DNA from: an uncultured Candidatus Saccharibacteria bacterium
Lineage (GTDB): Bacteria > Patescibacteriota > Minisyncoccia > UBA6257 > WO2-44-18
Direction of reading: 5' to 3'
NCBI GenBank assembly: GCA_964637575.1
Contig: CAZWVU010000002.1
Coordinates: 82,824-146,823, forward strand
DNA: 64,000 nucleotides
Shown here in pieces: positions 35,514 to 44,871 of this stretch; the stretch's first letter is position 1, and every line of letters starts with the position of its first letter. The position numbers and the translations under genes are program-made. The notes under the pieces were generated by a model that made no database searches, was not told where the DNA came from, and was given only the letters and a program-made list of their open reading frames with translations.

Positions 35514-37010
35514 TTAAGGATGGATGAGATCCGCCGACAACTGCGCTCCGACTTTGGCATGTGATGTTTCGATGCGGTATACAATCAGGTCGCCGTAGGG
35601 AAGATTTTTTTCGCGGAAAATCTCGCTCAATTTCACGCCAAAATTTTCCGCCTGGCTCTGGTCGATTTGTTTTCCGTCGGTATCGGTGAATACCATGCTG
35701 TACCAGGACTTCCCGGAATTTTCATTCGCGTCCCTTTTGAAGGAAAAGACGCCGTTGATTTCGAGCGTGTCGCACCGCGAGTACCAGGAAATGGCGGGGC
35801 GGAAAAGCACGCTCCACACGGCACAGCTGTCGCCGGAGGCGTCATTGCGGATTGCCTCCGCCGCGGCGACGTAAGCGGTGTGGTACCGCTCGACTTCCCT
35901 CTTTTTGAAGGAACTGTCGGCATCCTGGTAATGCACGATTCCCGCGTACAAAGAAAGGCCGGTGAACGCCGCGACCAGCAGGCGCGCGTAGGACGCCGAC
36001 CAGCGGCTTATAAGATAGTACGCGCCCGCGATTCCCGCTCCCGAAAGAAGTACCGCGGAAAAGAAAATATATCTTGCCTCGGGATGGGCGACGATTCCCG
36101 TCACGATAAGACTGGCGAAGCCGATGCCCCCGATCCAGAGCACATTCGGGTATTCCTGCCGCCAGGACTTCAGGACCAGCACCGCGGAGGTGGCGATGAT
36201 TCCCGCAATGGCCGTGATCCCGAGCACCCAGCCGCCGAGTTCGTGCGGGAGCCACTCAAGATACGGAAGCACTCCTTCGCCGAGATATTGCCGCCCCGCG
36301 AATTTTCCCGCGAGTTCCAAAATCCCGATGATGCTTTTGGTGGAAATAAGGGAGTAGATGAAATGCGGCGCCAGCAGGAGAAGCGTGAGGATAAGCGTGT
36401 TTCTAAGATATATGAAACTGGCTGATTGTCTTCTGAACCGGGGATACAGGATGAAAAGCGACAGCGCCGCGACAACGCCGAAGGCGCTCACCACGCCGTA
36501 CCGCAGATAAAACGCCAGCGCGATCAGAATCCCCGCGAGATACACGGAACGGCTCTTCCCCGCCGTTTCGTAGTGGTGGTATAAGAGACCGAGAATCGCG
36601 ACGAGGAGCGCCGCGGAAGGAATATCATTGAGAAAGAGCGGTGCCTGTTTCAAAAACAAACTTGACGACACGACCGCGGCCACGCCGCCCAGCGCGATCC
36701 ATCCGTTAAAAATTCTTCTGAACGCAAGGTAGATCAGCACCGCGGCCACCGCTCCGAATATCACCCCGAAGATGCGAAGTGTCCGCTCAGAACTCCCGAA
36801 GTGAAGAAATATCCAGCCGAACCAGGCCATTCCGACCGGCCGGTAAATTTTGAATTCATCCGCCGGCGCGCCATCGATCCAGGCGCGCGCTTTCGTCAGA
36901 TACACCGCCTCATCGTGATACAGCGAATGCCGGCTTACGAGAGAACCCAGCGTGACAAGGGTGACGATAAACAGCACCAGCGGAACCGAGACTTTCAAAA
37001 CATTTTGCAT
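35514..37010 (-). CDS. GT-C fold glycosyltransferase (ArnT/PMT-like)
   Basis: About 12 TM helices, with an early periplasmic loop carrying YHDEAVY, the DE motif of GT39/GT83 enzymes. Confidence 0.55.
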   Translation of the reverse strand: MQNVLKVSVPLVLFIVTLVTLGSLVSRHSLYHDEAVYLTKARAWIDGAPADEFKIYRPVGMAWFGWIFLHFGSSERTLRIFGVIFGAVAAVLIYLAFRRIFNGWIALGGVAAVVSSSLFLKQAPLFLNDIPSAALLVAILGLLYHHYETAGKSRSVYLAGILIALAFYLRYGVVSAFGVVAALSLFILYPRFRRQSASFIYLRNTLILTLLLLAPHFIYSLISTKSIIGILELAGKFAGRQYLGEGVLPYLEWLPHELGGWVLGITAIAGIIATSAVLVLKSWRQEYPNVLWIGGIGFASLIVTGIVAHPEARYIFFSAVLLSGAGIAGAYYLISRWSASYARLLVAAFTGLSLYAGIVHYQDADSSFKKREVERYHTAYVAAAEAIRNDASGDSCAVWSVLFRPAISWYSRCDTLEINGVFSFKRDANENSGKSWYSMVFTDTDGKQIDQSQAENFGVKLSEIFREKNLPYGDLIVYRIETSHAKVGAQLSADLIHP

Positions 37011-37075
37011 CTACTTTAATTGTACCAATAAAAAAACCGCCGTGTTTTCACGGCGGTCTGGTATTATTTTTTTAT

Positions 37076-37330
37076 TTACGTCCGCTTCGGAGCGCCCCAC
37101 TTCTCCATGCAGTTCACGCCGATGCCGGTGATTTTCCGCACGATTTCCAGCGCGGCCGCGTCGCCGGGATGTTCGGTCCAGGCGGCTTCCGCCTTGGTCA
37201 TGTAGGCGCGCATCATGGTGAGAAATTCGCCGACGGTATGCACCTTCCCGTCGGTGCGGCTCGGCGGCAACCGGTCCTGATACTCCCGCTCGGTGTCGAT
37301 CGCCTCGTACACTTCCTGCCTGGTCGCCAT
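37076..37330 (-). CDS. Hypothetical small protein (co-transcribed with DUF2158 gene)
   Basis: AAGGAG ribosome-binding site 8 nt upstream. It is tightly spaced after the DUF2158 gene. Confidence 0.4.
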   Translation of the reverse strand: MATRQEVYEAIDTEREYQDRLPPSRTDGKVHTVGEFLTMMRAYMTKAEAAWTEHPGDAAALEIVRKITGIGVNCMEKWGAPKRT

Positions 37331-37361
37331 AGCGCTTCTCCTTAAGAACTTTTTTATCTTA

Positions 37362-37550
37362 CTATTTTTTGTGCAGACAGCTCAAGCTGAACCATTCGGG
37401 CTCAACCCTGCCGGAACGATCGGCAACCAGAAATCCATTGTAAGAGCAGATCTGCACCACCACACCGTCGATGGGTCCGCCTTTCCCGCCGTACGCTCTT
37501 ACCGGATCGCCAACTTTGATGCCGGCCATATTCGGACGCGACTCGGGCAT
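37362..37550 (-). CDS. DUF2158 (YodC-like) small protein
   Basis: KVGDPVRAYGGKGGPIDGVVV ... EPEWF pattern. A perfect AGGAGG ribosome-binding site lies 5 nt upstream of the ATG at 37550. Confidence 0.5.
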   Translation of the reverse strand: MPESRPNMAGIKVGDPVRAYGGKGGPIDGVVVQICSYNGFLVADRSGRVEPEWFSLSCLHKK

Positions 37551-37589
37551 ACAACCTCCTTTTTTCAAAACCAAAAGAAACTAAGCGAA

Positions 37590-37617
37590 ATTATAATTGC
37601 CGCCAATGGTTTGTCAA
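37590..37617 (-). promoter_or_regulatory. Near-consensus sigma-70 promoter TTGACA-N16-TATAAT driving the DUF2158 operon
   Basis: On the minus strand TTGACA lies at 37612-37617 and TATAAT at 37590-37595. Confidence 0.55.
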
Positions 37618-37638
37618 ATACCGCCGCTTTTGCTCATG

Positions 37639-37672
37639 CAACCAAAAAACCGCGAACGCGGTTTTTTGGTTG
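37639..37672. terminator. Strong hairpin terminator (16-bp perfect stem) after the PG-binding protein gene
   Basis: CAACCAAAAAACCGCG-AA-CGCGGTTTTTTGGTTG. Confidence 0.6.
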
Positions 37673-37694
37673 TCAAAATAAACGTCCGGACGCT

Positions 37695-38750
37695 TTAAGG
37701 AGTTCCTACCACCGTGGCCACATTGTCAAACTCATTGGTTTCCTGGATGACGTTATTCGGATCCACGGAAACTGTGGCGCTGTACACTGTCCCGGGCGTG
37801 TAGGTCAGGCCCCAGGTATCGTAAGTCCACTGCTTGGGCTGACACTTGCCGGCGGCGTACGCCTCCGGTATGTCAAAGCTCTTGGTCACGCCATTGAGGA
37901 CTATATTAACCGGGAAGCTGGTCAGCGTTACCGTACCCAGGTTGCAGAAGGTCGCCTGCACCCCGGTGCTTTTCAGAATCACGCTGCGCACCGACAAATG
38001 GGCGCCTGGCAGAGCGGGCACCTTTACCGAGGCTGACTGCGACTGGCTGGCCGGAAACGCCAACGAGCCGATCTTGTAGACATTGTTGGGATCGATGAGC
38101 CCGATGGCGGTAAAGGTAGCGCCGGGGTCATAGGACAATCCCCAGGTCTCATACTTCCAGGTGTCGGTCGTGCAAGTTCCGGCTTTTTGGGCGCCGATCG
38201 CTTCAAAGTCGCGGTTGATCCCGTTCAAACGGATGCGGAAAGGAGCGGTCGGCAGATCGGACGTACCTTGGTTGCAGAAGGTCGCGCTTACTCCGTTGGA
38301 ATCCAGAACCAGGTTAGTGATGGCCAGCTTAATACCGCTGGTCGGCACGGGAACGCTGGCGGACGCGCGGCAACCGTAGAGCACTTGCAGTTTCAACCGG
38401 GTGATCGTCCCCGGGAAACCGGTGCCCTTGGTCAGGCCGAACGGAGCGAGGATATCGCTGACGTATTTTTCCTGGAATTTCGCCACCGCCGACCTGGTGC
38501 TTTTGCCAAAGTGCCCAAATTCGGCCGCGTCAACATTGAAGCCCTCCTTGGACAAAGCCAGCTGCAGGTTGAGCAGTCCGACCTGATCGGCCGGGTCGTT
38601 GCCGGGATTCAATTTTATGACCGCGGAAAAATCCATGCAGGCATTTTGCGGCGGCGGCATTAAAGGAGCCGTCTGGGCCAGCGAAACGACCGGCATGACA
38701 CCGGTGGCAGCCAGCGCGATGAGCGCGAAAATTCTTTTAATGTTGTGCAT
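37695..38750 (-). CDS. Secreted protein: peptidoglycan-binding domain (PG_binding_1-like) + two tandem CARDB-like beta domains
   Basis: Signal peptide, then LNLQLALSKEGFNVDAAEFGHFGKSTRSAVAKFQ, which is PG_binding_1-like. Two repeats of about 100 aa follow (FCNQGTSDL ... WGLSYDPG / FCNLGTVTL ... WGLTYTPG). Confidence 0.55.
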   Translation of the reverse strand: MHNIKRIFALIALAATGVMPVVSLAQTAPLMPPPQNACMDFSAVIKLNPGNDPADQVGLLNLQLALSKEGFNVDAAEFGHFGKSTRSAVAKFQEKYVSDILAPFGLTKGTGFPGTITRLKLQVLYGCRASASVPVPTSGIKLAITNLVLDSNGVSATFCNQGTSDLPTAPFRIRLNGINRDFEAIGAQKAGTCTTDTWKYETWGLSYDPGATFTAIGLIDPNNVYKIGSLAFPASQSQSASVKVPALPGAHLSVRSVILKSTGVQATFCNLGTVTLTSFPVNIVLNGVTKSFDIPEAYAAGKCQPKQWTYDTWGLTYTPGTVYSATVSVDPNNVIQETNEFDNVATVVGTP

Positions 38751-38893
38751 ATTTTTATCTTTAATTTTTAGTTTTTAAGTTGCTCGACCTTTGTTTTTAT
38801 ATTTTCTAATCATAGCAAATAAATGGCATTCGGGCGCATCGGAGCTGTGGACAAGTAAAAACCGCCGGTCAGGGCGGGAGCGCCTCACAAGTT

Positions 38894-39121
38894 TTAGCGA
38901 TTATTGTTCAGGTACTTACTGGCAACACTCAACGCGAATGAGGGCAGAAGGATGAACAAGGTGGTGAACATCAGCTTCATGAATATAAAGTGTAAGGGCG
39001 TGCCGTTGTTGTCTCCGTTTTCCGGCAAGGTCAGCACATTTAAAATTCCGGCAATACCAAACAGAACCGACGAACAGATAAATAAACGTGTCGCTATTTT
39101 TTGCATAAGGTAAGTATACAT
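38894..39121 (-). CDS. Small membrane protein, hypothetical
   Basis: 75 aa with two TM helices. The listed ORF is trimmed to the internal Met because its 5' part is the antisense of tRNA-Asn. A terminator-like hairpin lies at about 38852-38878. Confidence 0.3.
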   Translation of the reverse strand: MYTYLMQKIATRLFICSSVLFGIAGILNVLTLPENGDNNGTPLHFIFMKLMFTTLFILLPSFALSVASKYLNNNR

Positions 39122-39228
39122 CAAAAACACCGGCGGCAAATTATCGTATTTCGTGATGAGATAATTTACTTGAAAATACATTGTAAAATGTATTACCATA
39201 TTAGTCATAAGTAGTTTGAGCATTCCGC

Positions 39229-39300
39229 TCCCCGGTAGCTCAGCGGTAGAGCGGCGCCCTGTTAAGGCGACGGTCGTAGGTTCGATCCCTACCCGGGGAG
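39229..39300 (+). tRNA. tRNA-Asn (anticodon GTT)
   Basis: Acceptor TCCCCGG/CCGGGGA, D-arm GCTCAGCGGTAGAGC, anticodon loop CTGTTAA, T-arm GTAGGTTCGATCCCTAC and discriminator G. CCA is not encoded. Confidence 0.85.
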
Positions 39301-39323
39301 CAGAGTGCTTGATCTTTAGCTGT

Positions 39324-39707
39324 TCAGTCGCTCGGCGGAGGTTTGGGCGGTTTGGACATGGAACGGTCAACGGAAATATCGTCGGGCGTGAAATAGCGGC
39401 CGTCCGGTCCCGCGGAGCGGATGTTGACCGCGTCCAGTATCCTTCCCTGCGTATAGATAATCATCAGATTGTTTCCCCAGGGATCACGCTCCGGAAGATA
39501 CATTCCCGGAAAATAAAAGAACTGGTAGCGGCCGCTCGCCGTCTGATTAGCCTGAAACCAGTCCGCCCAGCGCGACACCTGGTCGAACGCAGCCGGACTT
39601 TGGTTGTCATGCGCCCGCACTTCGAAGTACGCCAGGATGCCGATCGCAAAGAGCACCAGCGCGATGCCTATCCGGTTGATTATTCGCCTATGGTGGTGAC
39701 GGTCCAT
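39324..39707 (-). CDS. Pseudopilin-like protein (GspG/type IV pilin-like C-terminal domain) with non-canonical N-terminus
   Basis: The C-terminal ERDPWGNNLMIIY ... SAGPDGRYFTPDDISV resembles GspG (DPWGNPY ... LGADG ... DI). The N-terminal hydrophobic helix lacks the canonical G-F-T-L-I-E prepilin motif. Confidence 0.35.
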   Translation of the reverse strand: MDRHHHRRIINRIGIALVLFAIGILAYFEVRAHDNQSPAAFDQVSRWADWFQANQTASGRYQFFYFPGMYLPERDPWGNNLMIIYTQGRILDAVNIRSAGPDGRYFTPDDISVDRSMSKPPKPPPSD

Positions 39708-40603
39708 TCGGAAAATTTCACATCCATAAAATCGGTGCGGATGCCGGCATATCCCCTGTTGAAGATAGGCGCGCCGCCGAAACTTTTCCCGTCGTCCGTC
39801 GCCTGCGCGGCGAGCGTCCATGTGCCCGTCCGATTGATATCGGTGTACAGCTTGATGCCGACAGTGCCGTCAGAATTGGTGATGATTTCGCTGCGAAGGC
39901 CGAGCCAGGCCTGGTGCGGCAGAAGATCGGGACTGGACGCCTTGTCGTAGATGCCGGGAAACATCTGCGTCTGCGCCATGGTGTAATATTCGCCGGCAAT
40001 TTTTTTCTTGATGATCGCCGTGCCGTCGACGCGGAGGCCGGTGTAATAGAGATTGTCGCCGTTCTGATACCGGTTAAATAAAAGAATCCCGTTGGACTCA
40101 TTCCGGTTTTTGCTGACGCTCAATTGATCTCTGACAATCCAGAAATACGCCGACTGGTGAAAATTCTGCCAGGTGCTGCGGCTGACCAGCCGGAAAATAT
40201 TCTGCGGATGGTAGCCGCCGTCCGTGTCGGCCGGATTTTCATGGGCGTAGATGATCCGCCACAGGGATCTCGCCGGCAGTTCGCCCTGGACGGTTTCGCC
40301 GGTCCCGCTGGCGACGCGCAGATACGCCCCGGAGTTAACCCACCAGTACGGATCGGCGCTTTTTCTCATTGAATCAGTTTCTTCGATGGTTTCCGTTCCG
40401 CCGAAATTATAGGTAAAGGGAGACGCCACTGCTGCCGCGGCGATCGTTACTTTCCGCGGCACGAACGGCGCGGGAAGCGTCACGCGGGGTATTTCCACGG
40501 TGCTTGATACCCGCCGTCTTCCAATGATAATCGCGGCCGCGAGCACGATACCCGCGCTAAGCAGGATAAGACGGGTTGTTTTCATAATGACTACACCTAT
40601 CAT
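39680..40603 (-). CDS. Secreted hypothetical protein (signal anchor + beta-rich domain)
   Basis: N-terminal TM; Trp/Tyr/Asn-rich beta-type sequence. Confidence 0.45.
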   Translation of the reverse strand: MIGVVIMKTTRLILLSAGIVLAAAIIIGRRRVSSTVEIPRVTLPAPFVPRKVTIAAAAVASPFTYNFGGTETIEETDSMRKSADPYWWVNSGAYLRVASGTGETVQGELPARSLWRIIYAHENPADTDGGYHPQNIFRLVSRSTWQNFHQSAYFWIVRDQLSVSKNRNESNGILLFNRYQNGDNLYYTGLRVDGTAIIKKKIAGEYYTMAQTQMFPGIYDKASSPDLLPHQAWLGLRSEIITNSDGTVGIKLYTDINRTGTWTLAAQATDDGKSFGGAPIFNRGYAGIRTDFMDVKFSEWTVTTIGE

Positions 40604-40607
40604 TGTA

Positions 40608-42206
40608 TTACAAAGGATCCACCTGGACTCCCCGGAGGATCAGATTGGCGTTGCCATTTTTTTGATCCCAGACTTTGAAGCCGATTCCGCCGTTTCTCAA
40701 CAGCGGCGTCAGAACATTACTGTACGTGATCGGAATGCCGTTGATCAGACAGGTGACGGTGTCCCCCTGCACCCGCATACCCAGAGACACGTTGCTCGGA
40801 TTGGGAATAATTACGTCCTTCGTCTCGGCCAACTTCAGATCATTGTCTTTTGTGCGCTGGTTGATAAATACTCTGCCCTCCCCGAACTCGCAGCTGACAT
40901 AATTTTCCGGATCGTGCATCCGGCCAAAAATGGTGGCGTACGCTCCGCTCACCCAGTTGGCGCTCGTCTCCACCGAGTAATCATCCCAGAGATACGAACC
41001 GTTGAGCAGCACCGCGGTACCGTTGTTGAAGGCGCCGGTTTCCAGACTGAGATTCCCCCCGCTCATCGTCGTGGATCCCCAGAGTAGGACCCAGTCGATA
41101 TTGGTCGTCCCGTCGAAGGTGTCGGAATACGGCAGCGGCTTCGCCTCTCCCGAATCGAACAAACCCTTCAAATACCCGGCGCTCCAGGTCGGCCGTACGT
41201 CCAGGCGTTTCTTCAAATACGCCTCGGTATTGGGAAAATTGTCGGTGAATCCCTCGCCGATCCAGCTTTGGTAAAACGCGATCGGGTACACGCGGCTGGT
41301 TTCCTGCGGAACCACCCGCCGGGCATCGGGGAAATTATCGGTGGACTGGCCGAAATCGCCGAATGGATAGGCAAAGGCGTGGGCCTCGACGCCCAGCGCG
41401 TTCTTCAGGTCCTGATAGGCGCCGACAAAATCGTCGTGGATCCGGGAGTGGAATTCATCCACGGTTTCCTGCCGGTTCTGCTGGAGCAGCCAGAGCCGGT
41501 CGCTGTAGAAGTGGCCCGGCGTGCCCTTGCTGTCGATATTGTAAAACGTGTGGCCGTCACGCGTATGCGACTCCAGCTCCCAGCGCCCGCTCGCCAGAAG
41601 ATTCCGCAGCTCCGGCAGGGAAAGATAGTACGGCCCCGCCTCGTCGAGCATCGAATACCGCGTGATCACGAACATCACGGCGTTGTAATTAAGCGCACGC
41701 AAAATCGGATCGACCGGGTAGTAGCTGTCCTTGCGCCCGTCGTCGAAGGTCAGCAAAAATGACTTCGCGGGAACTTTTTTCCGGCCGTTCACGAAATTTT
41801 CAAAATCGTTCATGGTAATCGTCTGATAGCCGGCTTGTTTCAGCGCGAACATCTGTTCTTTAAATGTCTCCACGGTAACGTCGGTGCCGTTCGGCCTGCT
41901 CACGATGCCGTGATACAGGAGCACCGGCACCGAGTCGGCATAGCCGTTAACGGGCGTCTGAACCGGGACGGAATCGCCCGCCATCGCCAGCATCATGCTG
42001 GAAAGCAAATCGTGATTGGTGGATTCCGCGTAGCTCACCTCGTACTGGTATGAATCCAGCCAGATTTTTCCCTGCGCGTAAAGATAGAAAAATCCTTTCA
42101 GGAAAATACTGAATCCCACCACCATGCCGATCAGCATAAGCATGGAAAGACTGAAGTAAACTTTTGTTTTGATAAGATAATGTTTCAGCATCAGCGGGTT
42201 CCCCAT
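40608..42206 (-). CDS. Polysaccharide deacetylase (NodB/CE4 domain) with N-terminal TM and C-terminal beta-sandwich extension
   Basis: The CE4 motifs TFDDG and the His-containing segments are present (VLLYHGIV ... LLTFDDGRKDSYY). Confidence 0.8.
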   Translation of the reverse strand: MGNPLMLKHYLIKTKVYFSLSMLMLIGMVVGFSIFLKGFFYLYAQGKIWLDSYQYEVSYAESTNHDLLSSMMLAMAGDSVPVQTPVNGYADSVPVLLYHGIVSRPNGTDVTVETFKEQMFALKQAGYQTITMNDFENFVNGRKKVPAKSFLLTFDDGRKDSYYPVDPILRALNYNAVMFVITRYSMLDEAGPYYLSLPELRNLLASGRWELESHTRDGHTFYNIDSKGTPGHFYSDRLWLLQQNRQETVDEFHSRIHDDFVGAYQDLKNALGVEAHAFAYPFGDFGQSTDNFPDARRVVPQETSRVYPIAFYQSWIGEGFTDNFPNTEAYLKKRLDVRPTWSAGYLKGLFDSGEAKPLPYSDTFDGTTNIDWVLLWGSTTMSGGNLSLETGAFNNGTAVLLNGSYLWDDYSVETSANWVSGAYATIFGRMHDPENYVSCEFGEGRVFINQRTKDNDLKLAETKDVIIPNPSNVSLGMRVQGDTVTCLINGIPITYSNVLTPLLRNGGIGFKVWDQKNGNANLILRGVQVDPL

Positions 42207-43504
42207 TGCCGGTCCTTCAGACGCGCCAGCGCGTAAAACAGCACGAAGGAGAGCAGCACCATATTGATACCGGACCAGATGAAGACGTAAGGCCAGTATT
42301 TATTGCCCCGCGACACATAGCGGTAATAGGTCGTCAGGAGGCCGGCAATCAGGATTACGCCAAGCATGTAAAACGTCGGCCAGACATCATAAAAAAGCGG
42401 GTTGATGATCAGTGCCTTCGTCGCCATCAGAGGAGTCAGGAGCGTGAGAATGATCAGCGGGAAGAAATACGTGATCGCCACGAACGGTTCGGTGGCCAGA
42501 AGAAATTTGCTCGCGAACAGGGAATTCACGAACCAGCCTTTTTTCCAGCGCACCTGCTGTTTCAAAAATTTCCGGAGATTATTCGGGCAGATCGTGTAGG
42601 CGCGGGCCTGATCGGTGTAGATCGTCCGGTATCCGAGCTGAAGCACCCGGTTGGTGAGCGAGCGGTCGTCGCCCCAGGTAACCGGCAGGCCGAGAAATTT
42701 TTCCTCAAGCCACTCGTCCAGAATCGGCGCGACCACGCTTCTCCGGTAGGCGGAAGAACAGCCGCTGCAGCAGAATACAGTAAGAAAGGTCGACTCGGCC
42801 GCTTTCAAAATCCGGAAGGACATGAAATAGTAGGCGGCCTGCATTCTGGTAAGCAGATTCTCCTCCGCGTTTTCCGGATCGGCGTGGGCGCAGACCGCGC
42901 CGATCAGCGGATCGCGGAACGGCGCGACCAACTTATGGAAATCAGCCGGATTCACATAGCTGTCGCTGTCGAGCTGAACCACGATTTCCCCCTTGGCGCG
43001 CTTGAATCCCTCCACCATCGCGTGCCGCTTTCCCTTGTTTTCTTTCCAGTCGATGATCGTCAATGTCGGATACCGGGTCGCTTTCAGACGCCGGAGAATT
43101 TCCAGCGTGCGATCGGTGCTGCCGTCGTTAATAACAATCACTTCCAGCTTGTCCTTGGGATATTCGGCGGCAAAACATTTGGAAACGGTGCGCTCAATGG
43201 CGCCTTCCTCGTTTTTGCAGGGAATCACGAAGGAGGCGGTGGGTTCGTATGTTTCGTCATCCGTATTCGCCATGATTTTGGACATGGAGCGCGCGTACAT
43301 CATGGCACCTACGATCCGGGACAGTTCGAAGGTGGTGATAAAAATCGTATAGAAAAAGAGGGCGGGATCATTCTGCAGCTCTCCCGCGATCGTCCGCGAC
43401 TTGATCAGAAACACCAGAAAGAGAATCGCGGCGCCCACGCATATCAAAAAAATCCGGAACATCATATCTGATGATTTCCGGATTGGGATGGATGCCGTGG
43501 TCAT
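42191..43504 (-). CDS. Processive family-2 glycosyltransferase (PgaC/IcaA/NodC-like N-acetylglucosaminyltransferase type)
   Basis: DGSTD and DSD motifs plus QQVRWKKGW (the QxxRW motif), with multiple TM helices. Confidence 0.85.
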   Translation of the reverse strand: MTTASIPIRKSSDMMFRIFLICVGAAILFLVFLIKSRTIAGELQNDPALFFYTIFITTFELSRIVGAMMYARSMSKIMANTDDETYEPTASFVIPCKNEEGAIERTVSKCFAAEYPKDKLEVIVINDGSTDRTLEILRRLKATRYPTLTIIDWKENKGKRHAMVEGFKRAKGEIVVQLDSDSYVNPADFHKLVAPFRDPLIGAVCAHADPENAEENLLTRMQAAYYFMSFRILKAAESTFLTVFCCSGCSSAYRRSVVAPILDEWLEEKFLGLPVTWGDDRSLTNRVLQLGYRTIYTDQARAYTICPNNLRKFLKQQVRWKKGWFVNSLFASKFLLATEPFVAITYFFPLIILTLLTPLMATKALIINPLFYDVWPTFYMLGVILIAGLLTTYYRYVSRGNKYWPYVFIWSGINMVLLSFVLFYALARLKDRQWGTR

Positions 43505-43506
43505 AC

Positions 43507-44790
43507 CTATCTTCCGATTCCCCGATATGCGAGCCCGGCCTTTATGAATTGTTCCTTGGGAAGACAGTTCCTTCCGTCCACCACCACCTCCACGTTCCGC
43601 GCTACCAGGAATTCCGGGGTCAGATTCCGGAATACTTCGTGATCGGTGGCGACGACTACCGCAGTGGCGTCCTCCAGCGCGTCTTCCAGCGATTTCGCGG
43701 TGGATTGCTGCGGCACCATCGGATCGTAAATTGCCAGCCGCGCGCCGCGCGCCTTGAGATGTTTAATGATGTCGAACGAAGGACTCTCGCGGCAGTCGTC
43801 GATATTGGCTTTATACGCCAGCCCGAGGACGGCAATTTTTCTCCCGTTGATCGCAATGTTTTTCCGGTTCAGCTCCGCCATCAGCAAATCCACGGTAAAT
43901 TCGGGCATGCGATTGTTAATCCGCCGGGCCAGCGAAAGAAAATCGTGATGGAATCCCCTGTCTTTGGCGTATTCAATGAGATAGTAGGGATCCACCGGAA
44001 TGCAGTGCCCGCCCACGCCGCAGCCGGGAAAATGCGCGAAAAAGGAGAACGGCTTGGTGGCGGCGCCGTTGATGACATTCACCACGTCAATTCCCAGCTT
44101 GGCGAAGGACATCGCCAGCTCGTTCACAAAGGCGATGTTGATGTCCCGGAAGGAATTTTCAATGATTTTCACCGCCTCCGCCTCCCGCAATGAACCCATT
44201 TTTCTAATTTTGCCGCTGATAATTCCCCGGTAAAACTTGTGCGCTTTTTCCAATCCTTCTTCATCGAAGCTGCCTACCACGCGGGGAATATTTTTAACCG
44301 TCCAGCGCGCGTCGCCCGGATTGATCCGTTCCGGACAGTGCGCGAGATAAAAATCTTTTCCGCATTTCAGCCCGGAACGCTCCAGGATCGGCAGCGCGAC
44401 CTCGTCGCACACCCCCGGGTTCACGGTGGACTCCAGAATCACCAGCTGCCCCCGTTGTAAAAAACGAGCGACTGCTTTGCAGGCGCTCTCTACTGGTTCC
44501 AGATTGGGCATATGATTTTCGTATACAGGGGTGGGTACGCAGATTACGATCGTCCCGACATCCTGTACGCGGCTGAAGTCGGTGGTGGCCTTCAGACTGG
44601 CCTTCTTGAGATCCCGCCCGACCGCCTCATCCGCGAACGGGGCTATTCTATTATTAATTTTTTTTACTTTTTCCGGATTGACGTCGATACCGACCACCCG
44701 GTACCCCTTCTGATCGGCAAGGAGCGCGAGCGGGAGACCGACATATCCCAGCCCGACTACCGCGACCGACTTTTCTGATTTTTTAACCAT
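43507..44790 (-). CDS. Nucleotide-sugar dehydrogenase (UDP-glucose/UDP-ManNAc 6-dehydrogenase family)
   Basis: N-terminal NAD-binding VAVVGLGYVGLP and a catalytic Cys region GGHCIP. The extended -10 TGgTACGAT lies upstream. Confidence 0.9.
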   Translation of the reverse strand: MVKKSEKSVAVVGLGYVGLPLALLADQKGYRVVGIDVNPEKVKKINNRIAPFADEAVGRDLKKASLKATTDFSRVQDVGTIVICVPTPVYENHMPNLEPVESACKAVARFLQRGQLVILESTVNPGVCDEVALPILERSGLKCGKDFYLAHCPERINPGDARWTVKNIPRVVGSFDEEGLEKAHKFYRGIISGKIRKMGSLREAEAVKIIENSFRDINIAFVNELAMSFAKLGIDVVNVINGAATKPFSFFAHFPGCGVGGHCIPVDPYYLIEYAKDRGFHHDFLSLARRINNRMPEFTVDLLMAELNRKNIAINGRKIAVLGLAYKANIDDCRESPSFDIIKHLKARGARLAIYDPMVPQQSTAKSLEDALEDATAVVVATDHEVFRNLTPEFLVARNVEVVVDGRNCLPKEQFIKAGLAYRGIGR

Positions 44791-44871
44791 GTGTTTTTCT
44801 TTTATCGTACCACGGGTATTTTCCTTGCGTTTTCACATTTTAAAAAATCTCATCAGTAAAAAATGCCGCCC

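Noticed and set aside
37668-37680. Second TTGACA-like box (GGTTGTCAAAATA) mirroring the DUF2158 promoter -35
   Set aside because: It overlaps the 3' arm of the terminator hairpin and has no -10 partner at the correct spacing. It is probably part of the hairpin's flanking symmetry rather than a promoter.
39216-39950. 244-aa plus-strand ORF, and the 5' part of the minus ORF 38894-39370
   Set aside because: Both run across tRNA-Asn. The translations include GIEPTTVALTGRRSTAELPG, the classic antisense-of-tRNA peptide. Only the tRNA-free 3' portion of the minus ORF (38894-39121) is kept, as a low-confidence small membrane protein.
42206-43471. 421-aa plus-strand ORF
   Set aside because: Antisense to the PgaC-like GT2 gene. 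No TM helices or motifs, and an Arg-rich composition.
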